Assembly: GCA_016218045.1 (NCBI GenBank)
Contig: JACRFB010000031.1
Coordinates: 72,908-136,907, forward strand
DNA from: Ignavibacteriota bacterium
Lineage (GTDB): Bacteria; Bacteroidota; Ignavibacteria; SZUA-365
Reading direction: 5' to 3'
DNA: 64,000 nucleotides
The notes beneath the pieces were generated by a model. The model saw nothing but the letters and a program-made list of their open reading frames with translations. It made no database searches and was not told the DNA's origin. Below, piece after piece: positions 8,405-17,638 of this stretch; the stretch's first letter is position 1; each line of letters begins with the position of its first letter. Position numbers and translations under genes: made by a program.

Positions 8405-10420
8405 ATGAAACGCCTGTCGGCATTCTTCCTGACGCTTCTTCTCTGTGCGGCACAATCCGCAATCTCACAACCGGCCGCTGATCCCGATTCGATGCGCGCC
8501 GGTTTTGGTGTGTACGGCAATTATAATCTGAACTTTCACACGGCCGAGTTCAGCAAACTTCCGGGCATCCCGAACTGCTGTCCGCGTTTCGAGAGCGGGG
8601 ATGGGACGGGTTTCACGGCGGGTGTGCTGTACGTGTATCCGCTCGAACGCACCATGTCCATCGACATCCGCGCGGGTTACACAGGATACAGCGCGCTGCT
8701 GTCGTCGCGCGAAGCGACAACAGTCAGCATTGTCGGTACCGCCGCGCCGGGCGAATTTGAACACACGATCGACGCGACTCTGTCGTCCGTTGGAATCGAG
8801 CCGCTCTTTGATTACCGCTTCTGGAAATCGCTGTCGTTTATGGCGGGTCCGCGTCTCGGACTCGTGCTGTCAAGATCCTTCGAGCAGAAGGAACAGATCG
8901 TGGTTCCGGCCGACCGCGGCGTGTTCATGGATACGCAGACGCGCACACGGAATGTGCTCAGCGGCGACATACCCGACGCGGGATCGATACAACTTGCCCT
9001 TCTCGCGGGACTCCGCTATGAAGTGCCTCTCAACCGCGATCGCACGCTCGTGGCCGCTCCCGAAATCATCTTTGCCTACGGTGTGACGCCGGTCGTCAGC
9101 GGCTTCTCGTGGAACGCGCACACATTGCGCCTGGGCGCCTCGGTGCGCTGGCTTCCGAAGGAGAGTGCGCCACCGCCCCCGCCGCCCCCGCCACCACCAC
9201 CTCCTCCTCCCCCGCCGCCGCCGCCGCCCCCCGCGCTGGCCGCATCCATCACCGCCGCCGGTGTGGACAAGGACGGTACCGAGCAGCCGCTGGTCCGTGT
9301 GCGCGTTGAAGAGTTTATCTCCACCGAGATGCGGCCTCTGCTGCACTACGTGTTTTTTGATGAACAGTCCGACGCCATCCCTGCGCGCTACGCGCGCCTC
9401 TCGAAGGAGCAGGCAGAGGCCTTCGACATGCCCGCCCTCCGTTCGACAGGCACCATCGAAATGTATCACAATGTGCTTAACATCATCGGGCGCCGTATGC
9501 GCGCGAATAATTTCGCCACACTGACGCTCACGGGTTGCAACAGCGACGAAGGAGCGGAGAAGGGCAACACCACCCTGTCGCGCAACCGGGCAATTGCGGT
9601 GCGCAATTACCTGCGCGACGTATGGGGCGTGCCCGAATCGCGTCTGCGTGTCGTGGAACGCGGTCTGCCGGAAACTCCCTCGCGTGTCACCGAGCCCGAC
9701 GGCATCGCCGAAAACCGCCGCGTCGAAATCTCCGCGAGTGACCCCGCAATTCTCGACCCTGTCATCACCGGCGACACGCTGCGCACCGTCACGCCGCCGG
9801 TCATGCGCTTCTACCCGCGCGTCGAAGCGGGAGCGGGTGTCGTGGACTGGCGCCTTACCGCCCGGCAGAGCGGCCGCGTGCTGAAGGAGTGGACCGGCCG
9901 CGAGATGCCGCCCGCGTCGCTTGTCTGGAATGTGGCCGAGGAACGCACCAGCATCCCGCGCACCAACGAGCCGATCGTGTACGCGCTGCGCGTCCAGGAC
10001 GCGGCGAATCAGACTGTGGTCACTCCCGATTCGCTTATCCCCGTGGAGCAGATCACCATCCAGAAAAAACGCGCCGAACGGCTGGCCGATCTCGAGATCG
10101 ACCGCTATAACCTGATCCTCTTCGATTTCGATTCGCCCGCGCTCAACGCGCGCAACGTGCGCATCGCGGAATTCATCAAACCGCGCATCGCGAAGAATTC
10201 GAACGTCAAGGTGACCGGGCATACCGACCGACTGGGCGAGACTGAGTACAACCTGCGCCTGTCCGAGGGCCGCGCGCGCTCCACCGCCTCGGCGCTCAAT
10301 GCGAGCAACGCCGTGGTGCAGGGCGCCGGCGAGTCATCCATGTACGACAACGAAACGCCCGAAGGACGATTCTACTGCCGCACGGTGAGTGTTGTTGTCG
10401 AGACGCCGGTCTCCAAATAA
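8405..10420 (+). CDS. Outer-membrane beta-barrel + 21-Pro linker + two OmpA-like peptidoglycan-binding domains
   Basis: GAGGA before ATG 8405 and signal peptide MKRLSAFFLTLLLCAAQSA. Amphipathic strands end at LRLGASVRW. OmpA motifs NTTLSRNRA...AENRRVEI and GHTDRLGETEYNLRLSEGRA...GRFYCRTV. Confidence 0.85.
   Translation: MKRLSAFFLTLLLCAAQSAISQPAADPDSMRAGFGVYGNYNLNFHTAEFSKLPGIPNCCPRFESGDGTGFTAGVLYVYPLERTMSIDIRAGYTGYSALLSSREATTVSIVGTAAPGEFEHTIDATLSSVGIEPLFDYRFWKSLSFMAGPRLGLVLSRSFEQKEQIVVPADRGVFMDTQTRTRNVLSGDIPDAGSIQLALLAGLRYEVPLNRDRTLVAAPEIIFAYGVTPVVSGFSWNAHTLRLGASVRWLPKESAPPPPPPPPPPPPPPPPPPPPPALAASITAAGVDKDGTEQPLVRVRVEEFISTEMRPLLHYVFFDEQSDAIPARYARLSKEQAEAFDMPALRSTGTIEMYHNVLNIIGRRMRANNFATLTLTGCNSDEGAEKGNTTLSRNRAIAVRNYLRDVWGVPESRLRVVERGLPETPSRVTEPDGIAENRRVEISASDPAILDPVITGDTLRTVTPPVMRFYPRVEAGAGVVDWRLTARQSGRVLKEWTGREMPPASLVWNVAEERTSIPRTNEPIVYALRVQDAANQTVVTPDSLIPVEQITIQKKRAERLADLEIDRYNLILFDFDSPALNARNVRIAEFIKPRIAKNSNVKVTGHTDRLGETEYNLRLSEGRARSTASALNASNAVVQGAGESSMYDNETPEGRFYCRTVSVVVETPVSK
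9170..9232 (+). repeat. Polyproline-coding tract (21 consecutive CCN codons)
   Basis: Read directly from the sequence; CCA/CCG/CCC/CCT codons are mixed. Confidence 0.95.
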
Positions 10421-10429
10421 TTCCGCCGT

Positions 10430-10972
10430 ATGAAGCGCCTCGCCGCCTTCATCCTTCTTGCCTGTGTCTGTGCCTGCGCCGCGCCTCTCGCGGCGCAGGT
10501 GCGTTCACCCTTCCCCTGGCTGCCCACCAACTTCGACACCACGGTGAACGGCAATTATCGCGGCGCTAAAATCACATCACGCGCGCAACTCGATTCACTC
10601 AAGCGAATGTACGGGGTGCGGACGGTGATCAACCTCGCCAAGGATGCACTGCCGAAAAGCGGGGGCACCGAAATCGAATGGACGCGCGAACTCGGCATCG
10701 AGTACGTGCCCGTCTATCTCGGCACCAATCCGCCATCACCGAAGGACTGGGAACGTATACGCGCGCTCCTGCAGGGAGGGGGCGTGTACGTGCATTGCGC
10801 GCACGGGGCCGACCGCACCGGCGCAATCATCGCAAAGTATCGCACCGACGTCGAGGGCCTCACGCCCGCGGACGCGTATCGTGAGGCGCGCCGCTTCGGC
10901 TTCAAGCCCTGGCTCGGGGCGCTCCGCGCCTGGTTCGGATATCCGTCGGAACAGGAATCGCGCGGACGCTAG
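10430..10972 (+). CDS. Exported protein-tyrosine/dual-specificity phosphatase family protein
   Basis: Signal peptide, GVRTVINL and catalytic loop VHCAHGADRTG (HCx5R). Confidence 0.85.
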   Translation: MKRLAAFILLACVCACAAPLAAQVRSPFPWLPTNFDTTVNGNYRGAKITSRAQLDSLKRMYGVRTVINLAKDALPKSGGTEIEWTRELGIEYVPVYLGTNPPSPKDWERIRALLQGGGVYVHCAHGADRTGAIIAKYRTDVEGLTPADAYREARRFGFKPWLGALRAWFGYPSEQESRGR

Positions 10973-11607
10973 ATGTACTTTTCGGCCAGCTCGAGGCCGA
11001 GCCCGCGGCGGACGATCGACGGGACGTCGTCGGTGAGATCGATCATCGTCGAGATCTCGCCCGTGTAGGGCGAACGGTACACGCCCTCGTCGTCGATGAT
11101 GATGTCGACGAAACTGTCGAACTGCTCGAAGAGGTCCTCGATGTCGGGCGCGTCTTCGACGTCGGGCAGACGTGCCGACATCGAGATCAAGGGATTGTCG
11201 AGCTGCTTGATCAGCACCTGGCAGATGATGTGATCGGGCACGCGGATGCCGGAGGTCTTCCTGCGCGGATTCTGCACGAGTTTGGGAACAAGTTTTGATG
11301 CGGGCAGAAGGAAGGTGTACGGACCCGGCACGAGATGCCGCAGCACCTGATACGATGTGTCGGAAATGTGCGCGTACTCGGCGATGTCGGAGAGGGAGGA
11401 GGTCACGAATGTCAGCGGCTTGTCGTCCGACAGCCGCCGGATCTTCCGGATGCGCTCGTGGCCTTCCTTGTTCTTGATGTCGCAACCTATCGCGTACACG
11501 GTGTCGGTGGGATACAGCATCACCGCGCCGCGGCGCAGACGGTCGACGATTTCCGTCATCAGCCGTTGCTGGGGATTGTCGGGGTGCAGTACGTATCGGT
11601 CGGCCAT
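10969..11607 (-). CDS. Sua5/YciO/YrdC family L-threonylcarbamoyladenylate synthase-like protein (YciO-type)
   Basis: LHPDNPQQR, YPTDTVYAIGC, PGPYTFLL, GIRVPD, STMIDLT; start assigned at ATG 11607. Confidence 0.9.
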   Translation of the reverse strand: MADRYVLHPDNPQQRLMTEIVDRLRRGAVMLYPTDTVYAIGCDIKNKEGHERIRKIRRLSDDKPLTFVTSSLSDIAEYAHISDTSYQVLRHLVPGPYTFLLPASKLVPKLVQNPRRKTSGIRVPDHIICQVLIKQLDNPLISMSARLPDVEDAPDIEDLFEQFDSFVDIIIDDEGVYRSPYTGEISTMIDLTDDVPSIVRRGLGLELAEKYI

Positions 11608-11611
11608 GGTC

Positions 11612-12409
11612 TCACGCGTGTACTGTGCGATTGTCGTATCCGCCGTCAGCCGCGGTGCCGTGTGTGGCGGCGTACACACGTTCCATCTCGAGGAGCTGCT
11701 CCACGGTGTTGACGCCGCGAATCTCGTCGAACGATTCGACGATGCACGGCTCCATCCTCCGTCCCTCGCGTGCGAACATCGCAAAGACGTCGGGCAGGTA
11801 ATACTCGCCCTGCGCGTTGTGGTTGTCGACCCGCGCCAGGGCATCGAAGAGGTCCGCCTTGCGGAAGACGTAGATGCCGCTGTTGATTTCGTTCACCGCG
11901 CGTTCCTCGTCGCTTGCGTCCTTGTGTTCGACGATGCGCAGTATCCGCCCGTCGTCGCCGCGGATCACGCGGCCGTATCCTGTCGGATCCGGCAGCACGG
12001 CTGTGAGGACGGTCACCGAGGCGCCGCTCTCACGATGGCGCGCAAGCATGCGTGCCGTGGTCTCGGGCCGCGTCATGGGCGCGTCGCCGCTCAGGATCAG
12101 TACGTCGCCCTCGAACTGCGCGAGCGCGGGACCCGCCTGCATCACCGCGTGCGCCGTGCCGAGCTGCTGCTCCTGCACGGCGATCGAGACGTCGGGATGC
12201 GCCGCGCGGAGAAACTCCTCCACGCTCTCGCGCTGATGACCCACGATGACGATGATGTTTTCCGCCGCGTTTTTCCGCGCGAGTCCGATGACGTGGTCGA
12301 CAAGCGGCCGTCCGCCGAGGGGATGCATGACCTTCGCGAGCGAGGGATTGTTCATGCGTTTGCCTTGGCCGGCGGCCATGATGACGGCAGCGAGAGGAGA
12401 AGAGGACAT
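11612..12409 (-). CDS. Sugar-phosphate nucleotidyltransferase (GlmU N-terminal uridyltransferase domain only)
   Basis: MAAGQGKRM, QQLGTAHAV, DPTGYGRV, IVEHKDA, EINSGIY, NAQGEYYLPD; no hexapeptide acetyltransferase domain. Confidence 0.9.
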   Translation of the reverse strand: MSSSPLAAVIMAAGQGKRMNNPSLAKVMHPLGGRPLVDHVIGLARKNAAENIIVIVGHQRESVEEFLRAAHPDVSIAVQEQQLGTAHAVMQAGPALAQFEGDVLILSGDAPMTRPETTARMLARHRESGASVTVLTAVLPDPTGYGRVIRGDDGRILRIVEHKDASDEERAVNEINSGIYVFRKADLFDALARVDNHNAQGEYYLPDVFAMFAREGRRMEPCIVESFDEIRGVNTVEQLLEMERVYAATHGTAADGGYDNRTVHA

Positions 12410-12456
12410 GATACTCCGAAAATCGGTCGGGAAGGGTGCCTGGGGCTGTGTCTCTG

Positions 12457-12855
12457 TCAGCAGTTGAGGAAATCGGCGTGCATCGGGCGGTCGGGCGCCG
12501 TCAGCACATCCTTCATCTTGTTGTCGGAATCGACCAGCACGATGGTGGGATGATGGCCGCGCGCCTCTGCTTCCTCGAACTCGGCGTAGGTGATGATGAT
12601 GATCTCGTCGCCCACGTGCCCGAGCCGCGCCGCGGCGCCGTTCAGACAGATCGTCCCGCTGCCCGGATCACCCGTGATCGCGTAGGTCTCGAAGCGGTTC
12701 CCGTTGTTGACGTTCACCACCGACACCTGTTCGAAGGGCAGGATGTTGGCAAGGCGCATCAGCTCGATGTCGATGGTCAGGCTGCCCTCGTAGTACAGCT
12801 CGGCTTCGGTGACGCGTGCCCTGTGGATTTTCGATTTGCACATGCGGAGTCTCAT
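12457..12855 (-). CDS. panD: Aspartate 1-decarboxylase
   Basis: [18 protein letters not shown] (G-S cleavage site), [17 protein letters not shown]. Confidence 0.97.
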   Translation of the reverse strand: MRLRMCKSKIHRARVTEAELYYEGSLTIDIELMRLANILPFEQVSVVNVNNGNRFETYAITGDPGSGTICLNGAAARLGHVGDEIIIITYAEFEEAEARGHHPTIVLVDSDNKMKDVLTAPDRPMHADFLNC

Positions 12856-13712
12856 GGCCGCGGTATTTCCTGTAATAACGTATTGTCGATGAGTCGTGTG
12901 GATCCGACCTTCGCGGCGATTGCCACGAGCAGGGGACGCATACAGTCCGCCTCGGGGTCGGTGAATGTTTCAGCGTCCATTACCGCCACGTAGTCGACAT
13001 CCACTCCCGGGGTCGACGCGAGTTCCGACCGCACCGCGCCCGCGAGTGCCGATGCGCGCCGTTCACCGCCCGCGTACAGGGCCGACGCGGATTCGAGCGC
13101 GCGCGACAGCGCCAGCGCGCGCTGTCGCTCCTCGGGCGAGAGGTACACGTTGCGCGAACTCATCGCCAGACCGTCGGCCTCGCGGACGGTGGGCTCTACA
13201 ATGAGGGCGGTATCGAAGTTCAGTTCCTGGAGCATGGCGCGTATGACGGCTACCTGCTGTGCATCCTTCTGACCGAAGACGGCCACGTGCGGCCGCACGA
13301 TATTCAGCAGTTTTGCGACGACGGTCGCGACGCCGTCGAAGTGGCCCGGACGCGACGCGCCCTCGAGCACCGACGCGAGTCCGGCGATGCTGACCCGGGT
13401 CGAAAATCCCGGCGGATACATCTCGTCCGTCTCCGGTACAAACAACAAATCACATCCCGCCTGTTCCGCAAGCGCCGAATCACGCGCGAGATCGCGCGGA
13501 TAGCGCGAAAAATCCTCCTTCGGACCGAACTGCGAGGGATTCACGAATATGGACACGGCGGTGAAATCCGCCTCGGCGCGTGCGCGGCGGATGAGCTGCA
13601 GATGCCCTTCGTGCAGGTAGCCCATCGTCGGGACAAAAGCGATCCGCCTTCCGTCGCGGCGCAGCGCGTCCGTCGTGCGCTGCATGTCGCGTATGGCGGT
13701 GATGGTTTTCAT
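12852..13712 (-). CDS. panC: Pantoate--beta-alanine ligase
   Basis: [51 protein letters not shown]. Confidence 0.97.
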   Translation of the reverse strand: MKTITAIRDMQRTTDALRRDGRRIAFVPTMGYLHEGHLQLIRRARAEADFTAVSIFVNPSQFGPKEDFSRYPRDLARDSALAEQAGCDLLFVPETDEMYPPGFSTRVSIAGLASVLEGASRPGHFDGVATVVAKLLNIVRPHVAVFGQKDAQQVAVIRAMLQELNFDTALIVEPTVREADGLAMSSRNVYLSPEERQRALALSRALESASALYAGGERRASALAGAVRSELASTPGVDVDYVAVMDAETFTDPEADCMRPLLVAIAAKVGSTRLIDNTLLQEIPRP

Positions 13713-13735
13713 GGGAAGGAGCGATGCGGAAATTT

Positions 13736-14575
13736 CTAGACCATGTGGCGGAGCAGCCGCGCGATCGTTTTCCGCATATCCTTGCGCGGTACCACCAGGT
13801 CGAGGAAACCTTTCTCGAGAAGGAACTCGGCTCGCTGAAAACCCTCGGGCAGATCGCGGCCGATGGTCTGTCGAATGACGCGCGGACCGGCGAATCCGAT
13901 CAGGGCCTTCGGTTCGGCGATGTTGATGTCGCCCAGCATTGCAAAACTCGCCGTCACGCCGCCCGTGGTCGGGTCGAGCATGATCGAGATGTACGGGAGC
14001 TGCGCCGCGTGGAGCTGCGACAGTTTTGCGCTCGATTTCGCCATCTGCATCAGTGAGAAGGCGCCCTCCATCATGCGCGCACCGCCGCTCATTGAAATCA
14101 GTATGAGCGGGCAGCGCAGGCGCAGTGCGCGGTCGATGGCACGCGCGATTTTTTCGCCCACGACGGAACCCATGCTCCCGCCGATGAAACCAAAATCCAT
14201 CGCCGCGACCGAGACGGTGATGCCCTCGATCTTGCCGGTTCCGGCCCGCATTGCGTCATATAGGTCGGTCTTGTCGATCGTCGCCTTGATGCGGTCGGTG
14301 TACCGCTTGGTGTCGGTGAACTTGAGCGGATCGGTGGCCCGCATCTTGCGGTCCTGTTCCGTGAACGAACCCTTGTCGAGGAGGATCGAGAGGTACTCCG
14401 TGCTGCCGACGCGGAACGACGCCTCGCAATGGATGCAGGTGTACATCGCCGTCTGCAACTGTTTGACGTGCATCATCTCGCCGCAGCTCTCGCATTTCAG
14501 CCACGAGCCGTCAGGTGCCTCCCGCTTCGCGGGGGCCGGAGTGATGCTGCTTTTATCTCGTTTAAACCAGGCCAT
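13736..14575 (-). CDS. accD: Acetyl-CoA carboxylase carboxyltransferase beta subunit
   Basis: MAWFKR start, CxxC...CxxC zinc finger, [38 protein letters not shown]. Confidence 0.96.
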   Translation of the reverse strand: MAWFKRDKSSITPAPAKREAPDGSWLKCESCGEMMHVKQLQTAMYTCIHCEASFRVGSTEYLSILLDKGSFTEQDRKMRATDPLKFTDTKRYTDRIKATIDKTDLYDAMRAGTGKIEGITVSVAAMDFGFIGGSMGSVVGEKIARAIDRALRLRCPLILISMSGGARMMEGAFSLMQMAKSSAKLSQLHAAQLPYISIMLDPTTGGVTASFAMLGDINIAEPKALIGFAGPRVIRQTIGRDLPEGFQRAEFLLEKGFLDLVVPRKDMRKTIARLLRHMV

Positions 14576-14782
14576 GGTCTCGTTCTCCTCTTTCTCTGTC
14601 TCTCCGTGCCGGAATTGATCGATGATGCCGGCGTTCCGGTGGAACACGATTCCTGACAGCTTTCCGCCGGCATGCTGCGGGCGGGTGTGATGCCGGACGG
14701 GAAGTGCGGGCAATGAGGCGAACGGCGATTGCCGTTCCTCTGAAACCAACTATAATACGAATCTTTCGGGAAAAATCGCGGT

Positions 14783-15472
14783 TTACCTGCCAGCGATTTT
14801 CGGGGTTGTCGTCCGGAACTCGCGGAGGTACTGTGGCTCGCATTCGTCGATGGAGTCGTGCCGCCCCTCAGCATGCAGACGTTCGCCGAGCAGCGCCACC
14901 GCTCCGGCGTGTGCGCCCGCATCCGTGCCGGGCAGTGCGCGGTACCTGCCGTCGGACAAGGCGGCCTGCGCGGCTGCCGCGTCTCCCGCCAGCCAGGTGC
15001 CGTCGGGGAGTCCCGGAAGGATCGTGTCGAGTGTGCCCGCGAGAGGCCCGGCCGCCCGATGCATGGTTCCCCCGTGTATCTCGTAGCGCGCTGCGTACAC
15101 GTCGCCTCCGCGCGCGTCGAAAGCTGTTACCAGAGTGGCATCGGCCGCCGGTATGCCCGATTCGGCGATGTGCAGGGCAAGCGCATCGAAGGTCGGTACG
15201 GCCACCAGGGGAATATTGCGGCTCATGGCGATCCCTTTCGCTGCCGCCATGCCGATGCGCAGTCCGGTGAAGGAACCGGGTCCGGCCGACACCGCGACCG
15301 CGGCAATCCCGCTCCAATCCGCCTGTGCGTTCTGGAACAGTTGCGCCGTGACGGGCAGCAGCAGCTCGTCGTGCAGATTCCCTCTGAGTAGTAGGATACT
15401 CGCGAGCAGACGCCCGTTTTCTACAAGTGCCACGCTCAGCGTGCGTGTCGCGGTCTCGATCCCGAGTATCAC
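14783..15472 (-). CDS. tsaB: tRNA t6A biosynthesis protein TsaB
   Basis: ILGIETAT, GPGSFTGLRIG, DARGGDVY, EPQYLR. Confidence 0.93.
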   Translation of the reverse strand: MILGIETATRTLSVALVENGRLLASILLLRGNLHDELLLPVTAQLFQNAQADWSGIAAVAVSAGPGSFTGLRIGMAAAKGIAMSRNIPLVAVPTFDALALHIAESGIPAADATLVTAFDARGGDVYAARYEIHGGTMHRAAGPLAGTLDTILPGLPDGTWLAGDAAAAQAALSDGRYRALPGTDAGAHAGAVALLGERLHAEGRHDSIDECEPQYLREFRTTTPKIAGR

Positions 15473-15942
15473 TGCATCGACTCCATGTCACCCGTCTCCT
15501 CGAGGATCGACGATCCCTGGTCGGCGACAAGTACAACCGTGTAGCGTCGCTCGGCCTCGTTGCCTCCGTGCTCGCAGAGTATTTCCCAGCGCGGGAAGGG
15601 AAGCAGGGCCAGCATTTTCTCCGCCCACTCGACAAGCACCACCGCGTCGCTGTCGAACATTTCATCGAGGCCCGCCTCGAACATCTCGTCGATGCTCCGC
15701 AGCCGGTACACGTCGCAGTGCAGCACGTGCCGCACACCGCGGTATTCGTTGACGATGGTGAAGGTCGGACTGCTCACCTGTTCTTCACACGCGTACGCCG
15801 CGCACATTCCGCGCACCCAGGCGGTCTTGCCGCTGCCCAGATCGCCGGATAGCGCGACGGTCGCGCCCGGCTCCAGCGCGCGCGCAAACGCGCCCGCAAG
15901 CGTGCGCGTCTCCTCTTCGCTGTGCGTGAGATGCGCCTGCAT
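15469..15942 (-). CDS. tsaE: tRNA t6A biosynthesis ATPase TsaE
   Basis: LSGDLGSGKT, VSSPTFTIVNEY, HCDVYRL, VEWAE. Confidence 0.95.
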   Translation of the reverse strand: MQAHLTHSEEETRTLAGAFARALEPGATVALSGDLGSGKTAWVRGMCAAYACEEQVSSPTFTIVNEYRGVRHVLHCDVYRLRSIDEMFEAGLDEMFDSDAVVLVEWAEKMLALLPFPRWEILCEHGGNEAERRYTVVLVADQGSSILEETGDMESMQ

Positions 15943-15946
15943 TGCC

Positions 15947-17506
15947 TCAGCGCGGCTGCATGGTGATGACCGGCAGCACCAGCTCTTCCATCGAAATGCC
16001 GCCGTGCTGGAAGCTGTCGCGGTAGTACGCCAGATACTTGTTGTAGTCGGTCGGATACACGAAGTAATAGTCTTCCTTTGCGATCACGTAGTTCACGGTC
16101 ATCCCGCGATTGGGAAGACGGTACTCGGCGGGTTTCGGAATGAGCATCGCCTGCTTCGGATCGGCCTTGACGTTGCGGCCGAATTTGTAGCGGAGATTGG
16201 TCGATGTCTCACGGTCGCCCAGGGCCTTGGTGCCGCGCATGCAGCGCACGCTCCCGTGATCGGTGGTCACGATCACGGTGGCGTCGGGGAACTTCGCAAT
16301 CTGCCGGAACATCGCGAACAGCGACGAATGGGTGAACCACGAGCGTGTCAGCGAACGGTAGGCCGCCTCGTCGGGCGCGATTTCCTTGAGTATGGGCGTG
16401 TCGGACCGGCTGTGCGCCAGCATGTCGACGAAGTTGACGACGATGGCGGTCACGTGATTCTTCGCGAACGAGGCGATGTTCCCCACCATCTGTTTGCCGT
16501 ACTCGGGATCGATGATCTTGTAGTACTTCAGCTCGGTGCGGAGCCGTATGCGGCGCCGCTCCAGCAGTTTCTCGAGCAATTCCTTCTCGTTCTTGTTCAT
16601 CGAATAGTCGTCGTCGTCGCCGCGCGACCACAGCCCGGGCAACACGCGGTCGATGTCGCTCGGATACAGCCCGCTGAAAATCGCGTTCCGCGCGTACGGC
16701 GTGGCCGACGGCAGTATGCCGAGATAGAAGTCCTTTTTGATGGAATAGAGGTCGTGCAGGTGTTGCTCCATGATGAGCCACTGATCGTATCGCATGCAGT
16801 CGATTACGAAGAAAAACACCGGGCCCTTGTTCTCGATATGCGGCACCAGGAAACGGTCTACCACGTTGGGCGACAGCACCACCGATTCGTCCTCGATCCA
16901 GTCGCGGTAGTTTTTTTCCACCACCTTGCAGAACTCCTGATTGCACTCGCGCCGCTGGTCGGCGACGGTCTGCTGCAGCCCGAGTTCGGGGTGCTCGTCG
17001 AGTTCGCTCTCGCGTTCGACGATGCGCCGGTACATCGACGTCCATTCCTCGAGATCCATCGGTCCGAGCAGTGAACGCGACACCTCGTTGAATTCCTGGA
17101 TGTAATCCTGCGCGGTGCGCGAACCGAGGATTTTACGCCCCTCGAGGATCTTCTTCACCACAAGCAGGATCTGGCTCGGATTCACCGGCTTGGTCAGGTA
17201 ATCGCTGATCTTTTCGCCGATGGCCTCCTCCATCAGCGCTTCCTCCTCGTTTTTTGTGACCATCACGACGGGCAGTGTCGGCCGCACATCCTTGATGCGC
17301 GCGAGCGCGGCTAAGCCGCCCATGCCGGGCATCGATTCATCGAGGAGCACGAGGTCCACCGGCGTGTTTTCGACCCAGCTTATCGCGTCGGCCCCGTTCG
17401 TGACGGTGTGGACTTCGAAACCCTTCTGCTCCAAAAATAGAATGTGGGGCTTGAGGAGTTCCACCTCGTCGTCGACCCAGAGAATGCTGCCCTTGTTTTC
17501 GCTCAT
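15947..17506 (-). CDS. porX: PorX-type response regulator (REC + PglZ/alkaline-phosphatase domain)
   Basis: REC motifs LWVDDE, LLDESMPG, YLTKP. PglZ motifs IDCMRYDQW, SATPYARNAIFSG, VDMLAHSR, TTDHGS, FQHGGISMEE. Lies next to tsaE as in Bacteroidota. Confidence 0.88.
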   Translation of the reverse strand: MSENKGSILWVDDEVELLKPHILFLEQKGFEVHTVTNGADAISWVENTPVDLVLLDESMPGMGGLAALARIKDVRPTLPVVMVTKNEEEALMEEAIGEKISDYLTKPVNPSQILLVVKKILEGRKILGSRTAQDYIQEFNEVSRSLLGPMDLEEWTSMYRRIVERESELDEHPELGLQQTVADQRRECNQEFCKVVEKNYRDWIEDESVVLSPNVVDRFLVPHIENKGPVFFFVIDCMRYDQWLIMEQHLHDLYSIKKDFYLGILPSATPYARNAIFSGLYPSDIDRVLPGLWSRGDDDDYSMNKNEKELLEKLLERRRIRLRTELKYYKIIDPEYGKQMVGNIASFAKNHVTAIVVNFVDMLAHSRSDTPILKEIAPDEAAYRSLTRSWFTHSSLFAMFRQIAKFPDATVIVTTDHGSVRCMRGTKALGDRETSTNLRYKFGRNVKADPKQAMLIPKPAEYRLPNRGMTVNYVIAKEDYYFVYPTDYNKYLAYYRDSFQHGGISMEELVLPVITMQPR

Positions 17507-17559
17507 CAGGTGAATGTCCCTCGTCTGTGACGGAATGCGCGCGGCGCGCGTGAAAAAAA

Positions 17560-17588
17560 AACTTACAAAACCACGCCGGGGCAAACAA
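17560..17588 (-). promoter_or_regulatory. Putative sigma70 promoter for the porX operon
   Basis: TTGTTT-N17-TAAGTT on the minus strand, ~55 nt upstream of the ATG. Confidence 0.5.
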
Positions 17589-17638
17589 GGCAGAGTCTGA
17601 CGCCCGCCGTCATCGCTCTGCGGGCAATCACGCGCGGA

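Noticed and set aside
15947..17506. PglZ domain as a BREX defence system
   Set aside because: The REC-PglZ architecture next to tsaE is PorX, and no brxC, pglX or brxL is present.
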